Notes under the pieces: model-generated
Told to the model about the DNA's origin: nothing
Database searches by the model: none
Seen by the model: the letters and a program-made list of their open reading frames with translations, nothing else
Made by a program: the position numbers and the translations under genes
Assembly: GCA_001244265.2 (NCBI GenBank)
Contig: CDLV01000011.1
Location: 558,001 to 622,000 of the forward strand
DNA length: 64,000 bases
DNA from: Microbotryum violaceum
Taxonomy: Eukaryota
Direction: 5' to 3'
In this document: in pieces, positions 53,168 to 64,000 of the stretch
Numbering within the stretch: the stretch's first letter is position 1
Layout of the letters: each line of letters opens with the position of its first letter

Positions 53168-55252
53168 CAAAAGCCGGAAAGAGCGGTCGTCGGGCCGAGC
53201 GCTGGAGCTGTTGAGACGGGCCTAGAAGGGGCGAAGGTGTGGGATGAAGAAGCTCAGGTCAGCTCCAGCCTTCGAAAGACCCTAAATACCTCGATGCGTC
53301 GGCATCGCCGGGAGAGGTGCCGCCGCGCTGGTTCGGGGGCACAGCACAGCCGTATTGTCGGCCCGCCGGGCGGGTGACGGGATGAAGCGGCGCGACATCA
53401 TCCCGCCGGGATGTCCTCTCCAAAGTAACAACAATGTAGGTGGTCATCAGAGGCATCAAAATATCCTTCTATCGAACATGCTTGGTCGATGACAGATGAA
53501 GGTGGTTGCACGGCTTACGTGGCGCGTTCGAGGGTCAAGCGACTCTCGGCGCTGCTCGAGAGCGTGGCAAACGGTCGACCGGTCGGGTCCGAGATGGGAG
53601 CGGACCAAGCAGCACAGCAAGGTGACCCAAAGTCAAACCGCACCTAGGGAGGGTCGGAGCGTGGACGTGGACGTGGAAGCAATAGGTAAGAGTGCTGGGG
53701 CGATCGAAGGACCGGGTCGGTTGGATGGCAGAGGCAAAGGCGAAGAGCGTATGAAGTCATTCCAGAATCCAGTCCCTGACCGACTGAGCGCCGCTGCAAT
53801 TTGTCGCTCGCCCAGCGTTCTTCGCCTAGCATTCCGTGGGCGCTGGCTTTCTATCTCGGCGCGGTCAGGCCGAACCGAGGCGGCCGAGGCGCCTACGGCC
53901 ACCGCTGCCGCTGCCGCTGTCCCGAGTCGAGCAAAGATCGACTTGAATGAGATGAAAATTCAGGCACCAACAGCTCCAAGTGCACGGCGGGGACGATGGA
54001 ATTCTGTGATGATCGACCTTGCAGTTGAACTTTTGCGATCCCTGACCCGGCATCTCGATTGACCTCTTCTGAAAGTCCGACATGAAACGGAGGAAGCGAA
54101 CTTCTCGCACTGCAGTGCACCGTGTTGAAGGTGATGAGTGTATCGTGTGTCAGTCACTACAACGTGTCTCATTCATTTGCTCGAGTATTTTGGTGTTGGC
54201 TCCGTGATGGGATGTCTGACGTCTCCTCAAGATGGTCTTGCCTCCGTCTGATGACTCGAATGGGTAATCCGGGGCTCGGAGTTCGGAAGACGTCGGTCGC
54301 ACAAATGCGGCTGAACGGGTGTTGAGTTGGCAGCCCCTGTCGCACACCCGCACGTTCGCCTGTACCTATCTGCAGCACTCGACAAGAGGGAAACTCCGCC
54401 TCGGCCGTGGATGTCTACAAGCTATGGAAATCTGTGAGGTTGGAAGTAGAAAGGCCGTGCTAGCCGACAGATGAACTTGAGACGCCTGGATTCGCTTCGC
54501 GCCAGACTCGAATTGGGTGAACAGGAGGTGGTCGAATACTAAGATCGCGTACAGAACGGGGCGAGCGATCCCCGAAGCGACTGAATGTTTCTGCCATTTA
54601 CCCCGGGCGTCTGTGCCACCCATTGTTTGAAATAACCCATCCGGAAATAGTTTCCGGAAAAGTTCCGGCTGATCGATCAAAATGCTTCAGTAGGACTCAG
54701 CAGGCTGAGCTAGAGGCGCCAGCCAAGGGCGAAACGACGAGACGCGCCGCGCTCCTTCTTTCAGCTTGCTGACCTCGCCCGCTCTCGCCCGATCCTCACT
54801 CAGTCGAACGTGTTTGCTGGTTGAGGAATTGAGTTGTGAGTACTCAAATGTCCCATCGCTTACCCGTACGACTTCCATGCCTCTTGCCACCTATGGAGAA
54901 GCGTTGGATTGGGGGCCCCACTTGACCGGCGTTCCGTTCAAGCACGAGCACGGCAACGGCCCAGTCATGGCACGGACCACCGCCCAGACATCATAAAAGT
55001 CACCTCCAAGGCCTTTGACCGGAATGTCGATGTTTTTGGTCGTTTGTTCTTGCCCTGTGCGCCTTGCGGCGGCTCTTACTGCCATGGTCCGGGATGCCGA
55101 CGTCGCTGAAACACGCCCTGGGCTTTCGACGTGGCTACGAGCTGCTACGGGTCCCCCCACTTCGCAGAGGGGCCACCCGCAACTTCCCGCTGACCCTCTG
55201 GCCCCCTTGTCACTACAGTAAAATTTTAGATCATTCCCCGAGTGATATCACG

Positions 55253-58200
55253 ATGAGCTCCGGGTCCGTTCTCTTCCCCAAGACTGGGTCAGCTGCACCC
55301 GCAGCCTCCACCGCCCGCTCCGAGTCCGACTTGGACGAGGCCGAATTGCGATCGAGGGCACAAGAGGATGCTAGCGTGATCTATGCTCGTCCCAGAGCCC
55401 ACAAGACTCGAACACTGTCCGAGGTAAGCCTTCAGCATGCCGAGGAAGGCATCTTCGGGCGCAGGAAGACTGATGATATCCCTTTCCTGTCTCGTCGACG
55501 TTACCCATTGTGGCTCGGATCTGAGGGCAACAGAGTGGCCATGCCCCGCACACGGTCATACGACAACGCCAAACCTACCTTGCCAATCAAACGCCCCCCT
55601 CTCGAGCGAGGCGTCTCTCGCACGGTCAGTGCTCCCATCCCCGCATCGTTACCCCCAGACTTCCCCACATGAAACGCAAAGCGAAGAGCTAAATGGTCGA
55701 CCTCCGCTTCTCTCTCTTCTCAGACGAGACGTCGGCCAAACCCCGCAAGTTCTTGGTCGATGTCGAGGAGACGATCAAACTTGTCCTCGAACAAGAAGAT
55801 ACGGATGGCAACTTCCAGGTCAGTCGGCGGAATCTGATGCATCTGACAAAGCTCGTGGAATCTCTCACGAGGTTAATCGACGCGGATTCTCGCCGATAAC
55901 AGATCGCCGCTACGGACAAGGGACCCAAAGTGTTTACACTCGGAACGGCCAGCTCGAACGGCTACAACTCTTGTGAAGTACGTGCCACTCGAGGAGCCCG
56001 GTGAGGACATGAGTACTATACAAGCTGACCTTGTTGAATTCGTCGATCTTATTAGATCCGAGGCACCTACATGTTGTCCAACCTCCTACAAGAACTCGCA
56101 CTCGCACGTGATCATGGTCAAAAGACGATCGTCTTGGACGAGGCGCGACTGAGTGAGAACCCGGTCTCGCGGTTGAGCCGCATGATCCGCTACTCCTTCT
56201 GGTCGAACCTCACGCGACGAATTGACGGTGATGGACTGGAGGCGATTTGTGCTGACCCAAAGGTAATCGCCTGCCTACGCTCAGTCACGGTTGGTGGACA
56301 ATGACTGAGATGAGTACAATCCATCGTGCAGAACCGAGGTCGAAACCAAGCCCCACGAATCTACGTCCCCGAGGTTGAAGTGCAGATGCGCAGATACTAC
56401 GAGCGCATCGCCAAGGAGAAGCCCCACCTCGGCTTGATCGTCTCTACGATCCCCCGCGAATTTACCCCCGAGTGGGTACGAGACCGCAACGAGGAGCCTG
56501 GTATCCTCGCGCTAGCCATGACCGAGATCAAGGGTGCCGAAGGTGAGGACTCGGACTTCAAGGGGATCCCCTTCGTCGTTCCCGGTGCCAGGTTCAACGA
56601 GCTGTACTACTGGGATAGCTACTTTGTCTCTCTCGGTCTCATCTCGGATGGTCACATCGATCTTGCGCGCGGTATCGTCGAGCACTTTCTGTTCGAGATC
56701 AAGCATTACGGCAAAGTCCTCAACGGCAACCGAAGTTACTACCTGTGCCGCTCGCAGCCGCCGTTCCTCACGGATCTCATCCTGCAGGTCTTTGCGAACC
56801 TCAATCCTGAGGACGCGAAAGAGAACAAGGCTTGGCTAAAGCGGGCGATCCAGGGTGCGATCCGCGAGTACCACATTGTGTGGATGAATGCGTCGCGCCG
56901 ACTTGATACCCTCACGGGTCTTTCGCGTTACCGCCCTGAAGGCGTTGGCATTCCACCTGAGACCGAGGCGTCTCACTTCACCTACGTCTTGCAACCCTAC
57001 GCCGACAAGCTCGGCATCAGCGTCAACGAGTTCACGGAGAAGTACACCGCCGGCGAGGTCTCCGTCCCCGCTTTGGACGAGTACTTCCTCCACGATCGAG
57101 GCGTAAGAGAAAGCGGTCACGACACCACGTATCGCTTCGAGAAGCGTTGCGCCAATCTCGGTACGATCGACTTGTGCAGTCTCTTGTACAAGTACGAGGT
57201 CGACATCGCTACCGTCATTCGAGACCATTTCGGTGACTCGCTCGACCTGGAGGAAGACTACGCCCTCAGCGCCTTCCCCTTCGGTACCGAGGTCCCTTAC
57301 AAAGGCCCTAGGGAACTCGTCGCCGAGGCAGGTCGACGATCGACGCAGGTCAAGCAGACGAGTGCGGAATGGTTCGCTCGTGCGGGCCGACGCAAGCAGT
57401 TGGCTGATCACTACTTGTGGCACGAGGGGAGAGGTTTGTACACCGACTATGATTGCACGAAGCACAAACAATCGTTGTACGATACCGTCACGACGTTCTG
57501 GCCCATGTGGTGTGGGATGGCGAGTGAGCAGCAAGCCGACAAGATCATGTGAGTGGAAGCAGCACCGAAAACATTCACTTCGAAATAAGGCGGTATTGAC
57601 GTGATGGGTCCCACAGGAAATGTTCCCTGGTCAAGTTCGAGGCGCTTGGCGGATTGTTGTCGGGAACGGAAAGCTCGCGCGGTAGAATTTCTCTCACAAG
57701 GCCGAACCGCCAATGGGAGTGAGTACTACAAACCTCGTTGCCTTTCTTCTGAAGCTTTGCTGACATGTTATGACATCTTTCTTTCTTCAGTTACCCTGCA
57801 GCTTGGGTCAGTAACGAGTATTTACTGCATGTCTAAACTGGAAGCTGACAGACTCTTCGGATAATCTCTTCGGATAATCTCTTCGTCCTTCCTCATCCTT
57901 CATTCATCATTCACCCTGATGCTTACAGCCTCCTCAGTGAGTAACACTACCTATTCGCGTGTATGTCCAAGTTTGTCCTGACCAGATATTGCGTTGACTC
58001 TTTGTAGCCAAATCATGGCTTGTTTGTGCCCGAACCTTCGGTTACCCAGCGTTGACAAGCGGAGGTGCTGACCCGTTCTTCCTTTTCGACAGGGGGCGGT
58101 ATGCAAAAGTACGGCTACGTCCACGATGCTCAACGTGTCGCGTACCGATGGCTTTACATGTGACTTCATTTTCATTGTATGGATCCTCCCAAAGCTTCCA

Positions 58201-58662
58201 CACTGATCCGCTTCGTAATTCGGACAGGGTGACGATTGGTTTTGTCGAGGCCGCCGGATGCGTCCCCGAGAAATTCAACGCGGTCGAAGCGAGCTCCAAC
58301 ATTGATGCCGAATGTGAGTCGGCCGTGGCTCTTTTCTTTCTGGGAAGACATCGCGCATCTGACACAAGAATCTTGCAATTGATAGACGGAAACCAAGGCA
58401 CGGATTTCGCATTGATCCCTCGAGAGGGCTTTGGATGGTGAGCGCAGAGACTCGACAGCTGTGGAAGTCCAGGCCCAAGGGCAGAAGACCGCCCTTGCTA
58501 ACCCTTTCCGACTCTGAACTCACCAGGACGAACGCGAGTTACCAACTCGGGTTGGACGTCATTACCTCGCACCAACGCCGCGCTTTAGGAGCGCTCACCT
58601 CTCCCGACGTGTTCTTCTCTCGCTCGCCTGTATCAGCTAATGCGCCAAGCGGCGATCGCTAA
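55253..58662 (+). CDS. NTH1: Neutral trehalase (GH37 with Ca-binding N-terminal domain), many exons
   Basis: [95 protein letters not shown]. Confidence 0.96.
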
Positions 58663-60003
58663 TTACATGCAAAGGCTGGATCACGCTCGGTGTAGGCGCG
58701 GGATCAGCGCCTTCAATGCGGACTGGGGTTCGTTGTAAATTGCCTTGCATTGGAGGTTGTATATGGAGATTGAGCTTAGGCTGGATTGTTTGGGTCTTCG
58801 TCATTGCGAATTACGACTTGCATGAGTTCATACTATCTATACACCGAGGGTGTAGGGTGGTGCTGCATGCTCACGCGAAAACTTTCTTGACGGAGTCGCT
58901 AATTGTAACGCGTGCCCCTTTGTCAGCGGGGTGGATATTGATGACCTCAGTAGCGTTTTGTGATGGTCGCCTCAGCGAAGAATCTACTCTAAACAATACG
59001 TGCCCTAGAGCTCGGTATCTACGCGCTCATGAGTCAGGTGCCACGGACACTATGCCACGTCGTCATACGCCCCAACCTCACCGGTCCTTTATTACAGCCA
59101 TAGGTCTGCCTGCGTGCGCATTGTCAAATGATCAGAAAAGATAAGAACTCATCTGTGTCACTGCTTTCATTATAGCGGTCAAGAACGACAGATTGCAAAT
59201 ACTATGCATAAGAGAGGCGCATACCTTACAGCTCGCCTACTAAATTCCGTGCCAGAGCTGCTCAGGACATCTCTTTCTCACGGTCGAAAAGCAAACTCTG
59301 CCATGCGCCAGTGTGACAACATACCCGGGCGCCAACACCAGTTGGTGCGCGGTTCCGCGATCATGTTTCGTGTGCGACCGACAACTTGAGGGCTAAAGTC
59401 GGTCATTGGTTTCATAGATAGCTGTTCAGACATTGCTCACGAGTGGGCATCGACCCAAACGAATCTGAAATGTTGGGGGCCCCGGACCCGTGGGATGCAC
59501 GTGACCTCGCGACTTGGACTCGGAGCTTCGGCGCGCAGACCGAGAAGATGAGGTCACCCTCCTACCGTCGTGAACCGAGAATTGTTCCAGCGTGTTCACC
59601 ATGTGTATTGCGTCAAGAAGGTCACCGTTCGTCTCAGGGTACTACGCTTCGTTGGCTGGTTCTCGACCCTCGAGTTCGGCCCTGTCATTGCCATCGGTGC
59701 AAGCAGGCCGGCGACTCGGACGAGGTGAGTTTGACGTGAAACAGCTTCACTTAGTCCTGTCCTCCAACTCGTCGTTCTCCAGAGTTCTTCGGCTGCTCGA
59801 GCGATGACGGAGCTGATTCGCGGCCCGGGGAGCGGTCGGCGTCGAGGCCGATCCGCGGGAGTTGTGCTCGGCCACCGGCCACGCGCTGACCGACCAGTTG
59901 TCGTGCCATTTGTCACGCTCTCCTCTGAGCGACCTTCCCTCTCTTGCTTCAACTCCTTCACACTCCACCCTCCACCCCATCACCCTTCCGTACTCTTACA
60001 GCC

Positions 60004-61059
60004 ATGTCTTCCGCCACGACCTTTTACGATCTCAAGGCGCCTCTGCCCGGAGCCGACAAGACGTACGACTTCAAGGTGAGTTGCCTTCGAGTCGTGGTCG
60101 TACGACCTCGCTCGGCTTCGGGTGGGCGCGGTTGCCGGACATCGCATGCGCTTGAACACTGTTCTGATGACTACGCGACCTCGCACGTTTAACAGGATCT
60201 GAAGGGCAAGGTCGTATTGATCGTCAACACCGCATCCAAATGCGGCTTCACCAAGCAGGTCAGCCAGCGCTCATAACGCGTCGAGGAAGCTCGTCGTCAT
60301 CCTCCTCGTCCATGCTGCCACGTGTTGAATCCTGGTCTCTCTTCTACCACACAGTACGATGGTCTTGAAGCGCTCTACAAAAAGTACAAGGGCAAAGGCT
60401 TCGAGCTTTTGGGCTTTCCCTGCAACCAGGTTAGTTCGGTGACAAATGGCTACCGCGCGTCGGAAGAGTGTTGCTCACTCATCATCAGCATCTGACTCCT
60501 TCGTAGTTCGGTGGTCAAGAACCCGGCACGGATGATGACGTTGCCAGCTTCTGCACTCTCAACCACGGCGTCAGCTTTCCTCTGATGAAGAAGGTGAGGA
60601 CCTTACCGGACACGGCCGTTTACAAACCGTCCGCACTGCTAACAGCCGGTTCCTCTCATCTCTGTCAGTCGGATGTCAACGGTGACAGCACCAACGAGGT
60701 CTTTCAATATCTCAAGGCGAAGCAACCCGGAATCTTCGGCACAACCATGATCAAGTGGTCAGTAACTGTTATCAAGCTTGAGAAGTGTATGCACCAAGCG
60801 AAGCTGATAGGGCGTATTCCTATCCCTCACAGGAACTTTACAAAGTTCTTGGTCGATGGCGAAGGCAACGTCGTGTCGAGGTACTCCTCGTAAGTCCTTC
60901 CGGTTTTTGCTCCAGCCTCTTTTCCCTCGGCATTGTAGATTGTTGACAGCCTCCTTCCGTCGTTTGTACAGGACCACCACGCCGGAATCGATCGACAAAG
61001 ATATCGCCAAGTTGATCGAAGGCTCCGCTCTGAGCCCTCGAGCGTCCCAAGGCGAATAG
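60004..61059 (+). CDS. Glutathione peroxidase-family peroxidase (Cys-type, Gpx2/Hyr1-like), multi-exon
   Basis: LIVNTASKCGFT, LGFPCNQ|FGGQEPG, IKW|NFTKFLVD. Confidence 0.95.
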
Positions 61060-61303
61060 ACGGGATCAGAGTGTGGCCATATCGTATCTAGCGACGAACG
61101 GCAACTTCGATATCACGAATGCTCGATATGTGCTTTGTATATACCTACAGTAATATGTGAACTCGCGAAGTACCCATGTTCTTCTACTCCGACCCAGTAT
61201 GCGCAACCAGTGCCAACGGGACCGATTGTGGAAACGAGGTGACGGTCGCCCTCTACCATGGAAGGAGACGTTGGATTTGAGCCACCCTTGAAGCCTGGAT
61301 GAA

Positions 61304-62746
61304 CTATTGGACCGATGCTTTGAGTTTCTGCATATTTTTCCCGAGGTGTCGCGCCTGCTCTTTGGCTGTCAAGCCCAAGCTGGCCAAATAGTATCCGATG
61401 ACGTTGGCCTTGTAGCTCCCGACGCTCGTCTTGTACGTCACTAACGCCGCACGAAACTCCTCCAAGCTGCGACTCAGCGTGATCACACTATGAGCGGAGT
61501 GATGCGTGAGTGCCAACTTATTCTTCAATCGCCGAGCGTGGAACGTCAAGTCGTCCCCAAAGACCGAAGCCGTCGTCTCTAGGACTGAGCGTAGCAAAGG
61601 CGACGAAGCACGTGAAGCTTCGATTCGTTGTTCTTCCCGCCTCAGTCGGTCATAAAGCATATGCGCTCGACCCGATGATCGAGCGGAAAGTTCATGTCCT
61701 TGCGCGACTTTGTTCAAGAGCGCTTGGAGGATCGAATCGAGTTGTTCGAATTTGGCGTCGATCGAAGCCATCAGTTTGCTCAGTTCCTTGGAGGTCGTCG
61801 CATTGAGGAGTTGTTGGAGCAAGGTATCGATCTCTTCGAAATACAGGGGGAAAGAAAGGAAAGCTTTGCGGCCGAGAGAGTGGATGTGCAGAGCGATATC
61901 CTTGAGGATGTGTGAGTCCTTGGCTATGCGGGAGCACCGGGGGGGGGGGGGGGGGGGGGGGGATTGAAAAGGAGTCAGACACGGGGGCTTCCCACCAGCA
62001 GCAGATCGCACCACCTCACCAAGTTCCTCCGCCTCTTGAGCCAATATCTAAGCATCCTCCAGCCCCGAATACTTGACATCTGTCGCCATTTGCTGAATAG
62101 GAACCACATCGAACAGACACCAGCCCAACACGCACTGCTGGTCCCCGCCGGCGTCTTGGAGACTCTTGAGGCTGTGAAAGATGCTGTTCGCTTGGTGTAG
62201 CCTGGCTTCCACGCGTTGAGTTGTCTTGTGCACGAGCTCGCCGTATTTTTTCTTTTGATCTTGTATGCGTTTCGCCGCTCGAGCACGGTGCGTCTCCTCT
62301 AACCCTTGCGCGAGTCTAACCAAAAAGCGGGACTCGGTAAAGGCTTGGGTGGTATTCGAACTCGTCTTCGTGGGGCAACCAATTTCGAGCACGTGGAACG
62401 TCATGACCGAGATCAAGTGGGCTGATTTAGACAAAGGGCCATACTCCGGTGAATCCCTGCCGGTAATCACCTCGGCAGATACAGGTTGTGGAGAAAAAAC
62501 GTAGAGACTCATAAGCCAGACGAGGAAAAACGTCATCGCCTGAATCGGACGAAGGACGACCTTTCTTCGAAGCGAAGGAGATGGTGTGTACATCGATGAG
62601 GAAGTATGGTCGTCCTGATGAACGTCCACGTGAGACTGAAAAGACCTAGCGGCCGTCGCTGTCCGCGTGCGAAGAGCGTCGGCTGACGCAGGCTGGGCTG
62701 CGGTGTCCTTGCGCACGTCATCTTCGTTGTAGGTGTAGGAGACCAT
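61304..62746 (-). pseudogene. Hypothetical TM + coiled-coil protein interrupted by one in-frame TAG
   Basis: ORFs 62048-62800 and 61304-62044 are in the same frame, separated only by TAG (62048-62050); hydrophobic MTFFLVWLMSLYVF; 96-nt GT-AG intron 61924-62019. Confidence 0.55.
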
Positions 62747-64000
62747 AGCCTCTTGAGGAGAGCTCAATGGGATCACTATGAATACTGGAGAACGAAACAA
62801 GCTGTCGCAGTAGACTGACCTGTTTCTACTCCCCTACATTGCTCTTCCCACCTCGTCAAACTGCCGGTTCCAAAAGGAGCCCCCGACTCTTTGCCACTGC
62901 AGCCGGTTACCCCCCATATGACCTGTAGGCTGCGCAGGGCTGCGCAAAGTGTGGTGTCAGTGACCGGTCAGAAGAAAAAGGCGGAATATGAGGGTTCAAG
63001 AACTTCGAGATCCACGAAGCGTCCAGCCTAGGTCAATTACACACGCCCACTGCATTGAGTAGTCTACTTATTAAAAATCTATACTGTGTCTTTTGAACCC
63101 TTGGGTTCCCTTCTAAGTTCTCCCCGAGTACGGCTCACGACGCAAAGCACTGAAATAGATATTTTCCTTTTCGTACATTGACAGGTCACAAATTTGAACA
63201 ACAATACCTTCGAGCTACGATGCACCGCATCCTTCAGTCCACCGCCTTCAAGGAACTAGCGCGTAGACTTGCAACAAGCCTCTGTACGTCCCTAGCACCT
63301 TCATCCGATTGTAAGCACGTTGAACGAGCGATACGGTCTCTAAGATATGCCTCCGTCAGCGTGCTTCGCTCCGCAGCGAGCTTGTTGTGGAAATTTGGTC
63401 TGGTATGGGCTCGATGGGACCAACTATTTCAAGCTCTTGTGGCTACGACGGTGCCTCGGCTTCCACAGCTAGTACAGCGCCGATCGTGACACGCTGCTCC
63501 AGAGTATCGGATACATGGGCAGGTTGATTTGCTCCAGAAGTCCGAGGCGTCGCTAGTAGACCTTTTGCTGGAGACGTCGAGATCACGGTGATTTTGTAGA
63601 CCTCGAAGACGGATTCGATTTCATGGTCAGGGTCAGGATCGGGGTCGTAAGGGGCCAGGCACTCTTCCACGTCGAGACTGGGTCTCAAGACAACATCGCA
63701 GCTCAGTATCGCCATGGTTCTTGCCATGTTTCCAGAATCCCACTACGTTTTCCTGGAATTGCGTTCCTTAGCATGGTGTGAAATGATAGTCAGGCGGCGC
63801 CCAATGGGAATGCTATTGACTGCGCTCAATCTTTCTATTGGTTAGCATTGCTTTCTAACGTTTCTTGGTGGCGGGTATCAGCGAGCCTGATCTAGGTGAG
63901 GTGGATAAATGCGATCTGCTTGCGGGCAGCGGAGCCCTGGCCGGCTTGACGGGGCAAACCCGCCGAGGCATGCAGGCCCCCCGAAAAATCCTCCCCCGCT

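Noticed and set aside
54640-54668. Palindrome TCCGGAAA-TAG-TTTCCGGA between USP and NTH1
   Set aside because: Could be a transcription-factor site but is too short to support a specific call
12947-61059. Stress-gene cluster (HSP20, NTH1, Gpx) or mating-type locus
   Set aside because: The genes are scattered among unrelated housekeeping loci; no pheromone, STE3 receptor or homeodomain gene seen
63925-64000. Faint similarity (AGCCCTGG..TTGACGGG) to 2568-2612 inside the MULE
   Set aside because: Only two 8-mers with different spacing; compatible with chance

Overview
Intron-rich, GC-rich fungal genomic DNA, most consistent with a basidiomycete of Pucciniomycotina/Microbotryomycetes type (inferred from gene content and intron style, not certain). 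Most of the window is ordinary housekeeping genes: SDR, HSP20, Mdm1/SNX PXA-RGS-PX protein, VTI1, TTI1, eIF2B-delta, TPR/F-box/LRR protein, MRL1, NDUFS2, MDE1, a USP deubiquitinase, neutral trehalase and glutathione peroxidase, plus a membrane-anchored glycogen/starch-synthase-like glycosyltransferase and a few damaged genes. The standout is a ~9.7 kb Mutator-like DNA transposon (~1953-11652) bounded by long inverted repeats built from 22-23 bp tandem units. It encodes a multi-exon MULE DDE transposase + SWIM finger + Ulp1-type (C48) SUMO protease. One intron of that gene (4535-4709) holds a complete, sense-oriented 72-nt tRNA-like cloverleaf (4602-4673) with intact Pol III A/B boxes and a stop-codon-type TTA anticodon. 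The transposase frame is interrupted by 2-3 in-frame TGA codons. All exon boundaries are manual reconstructions from GT-AG sites and frame continuity.
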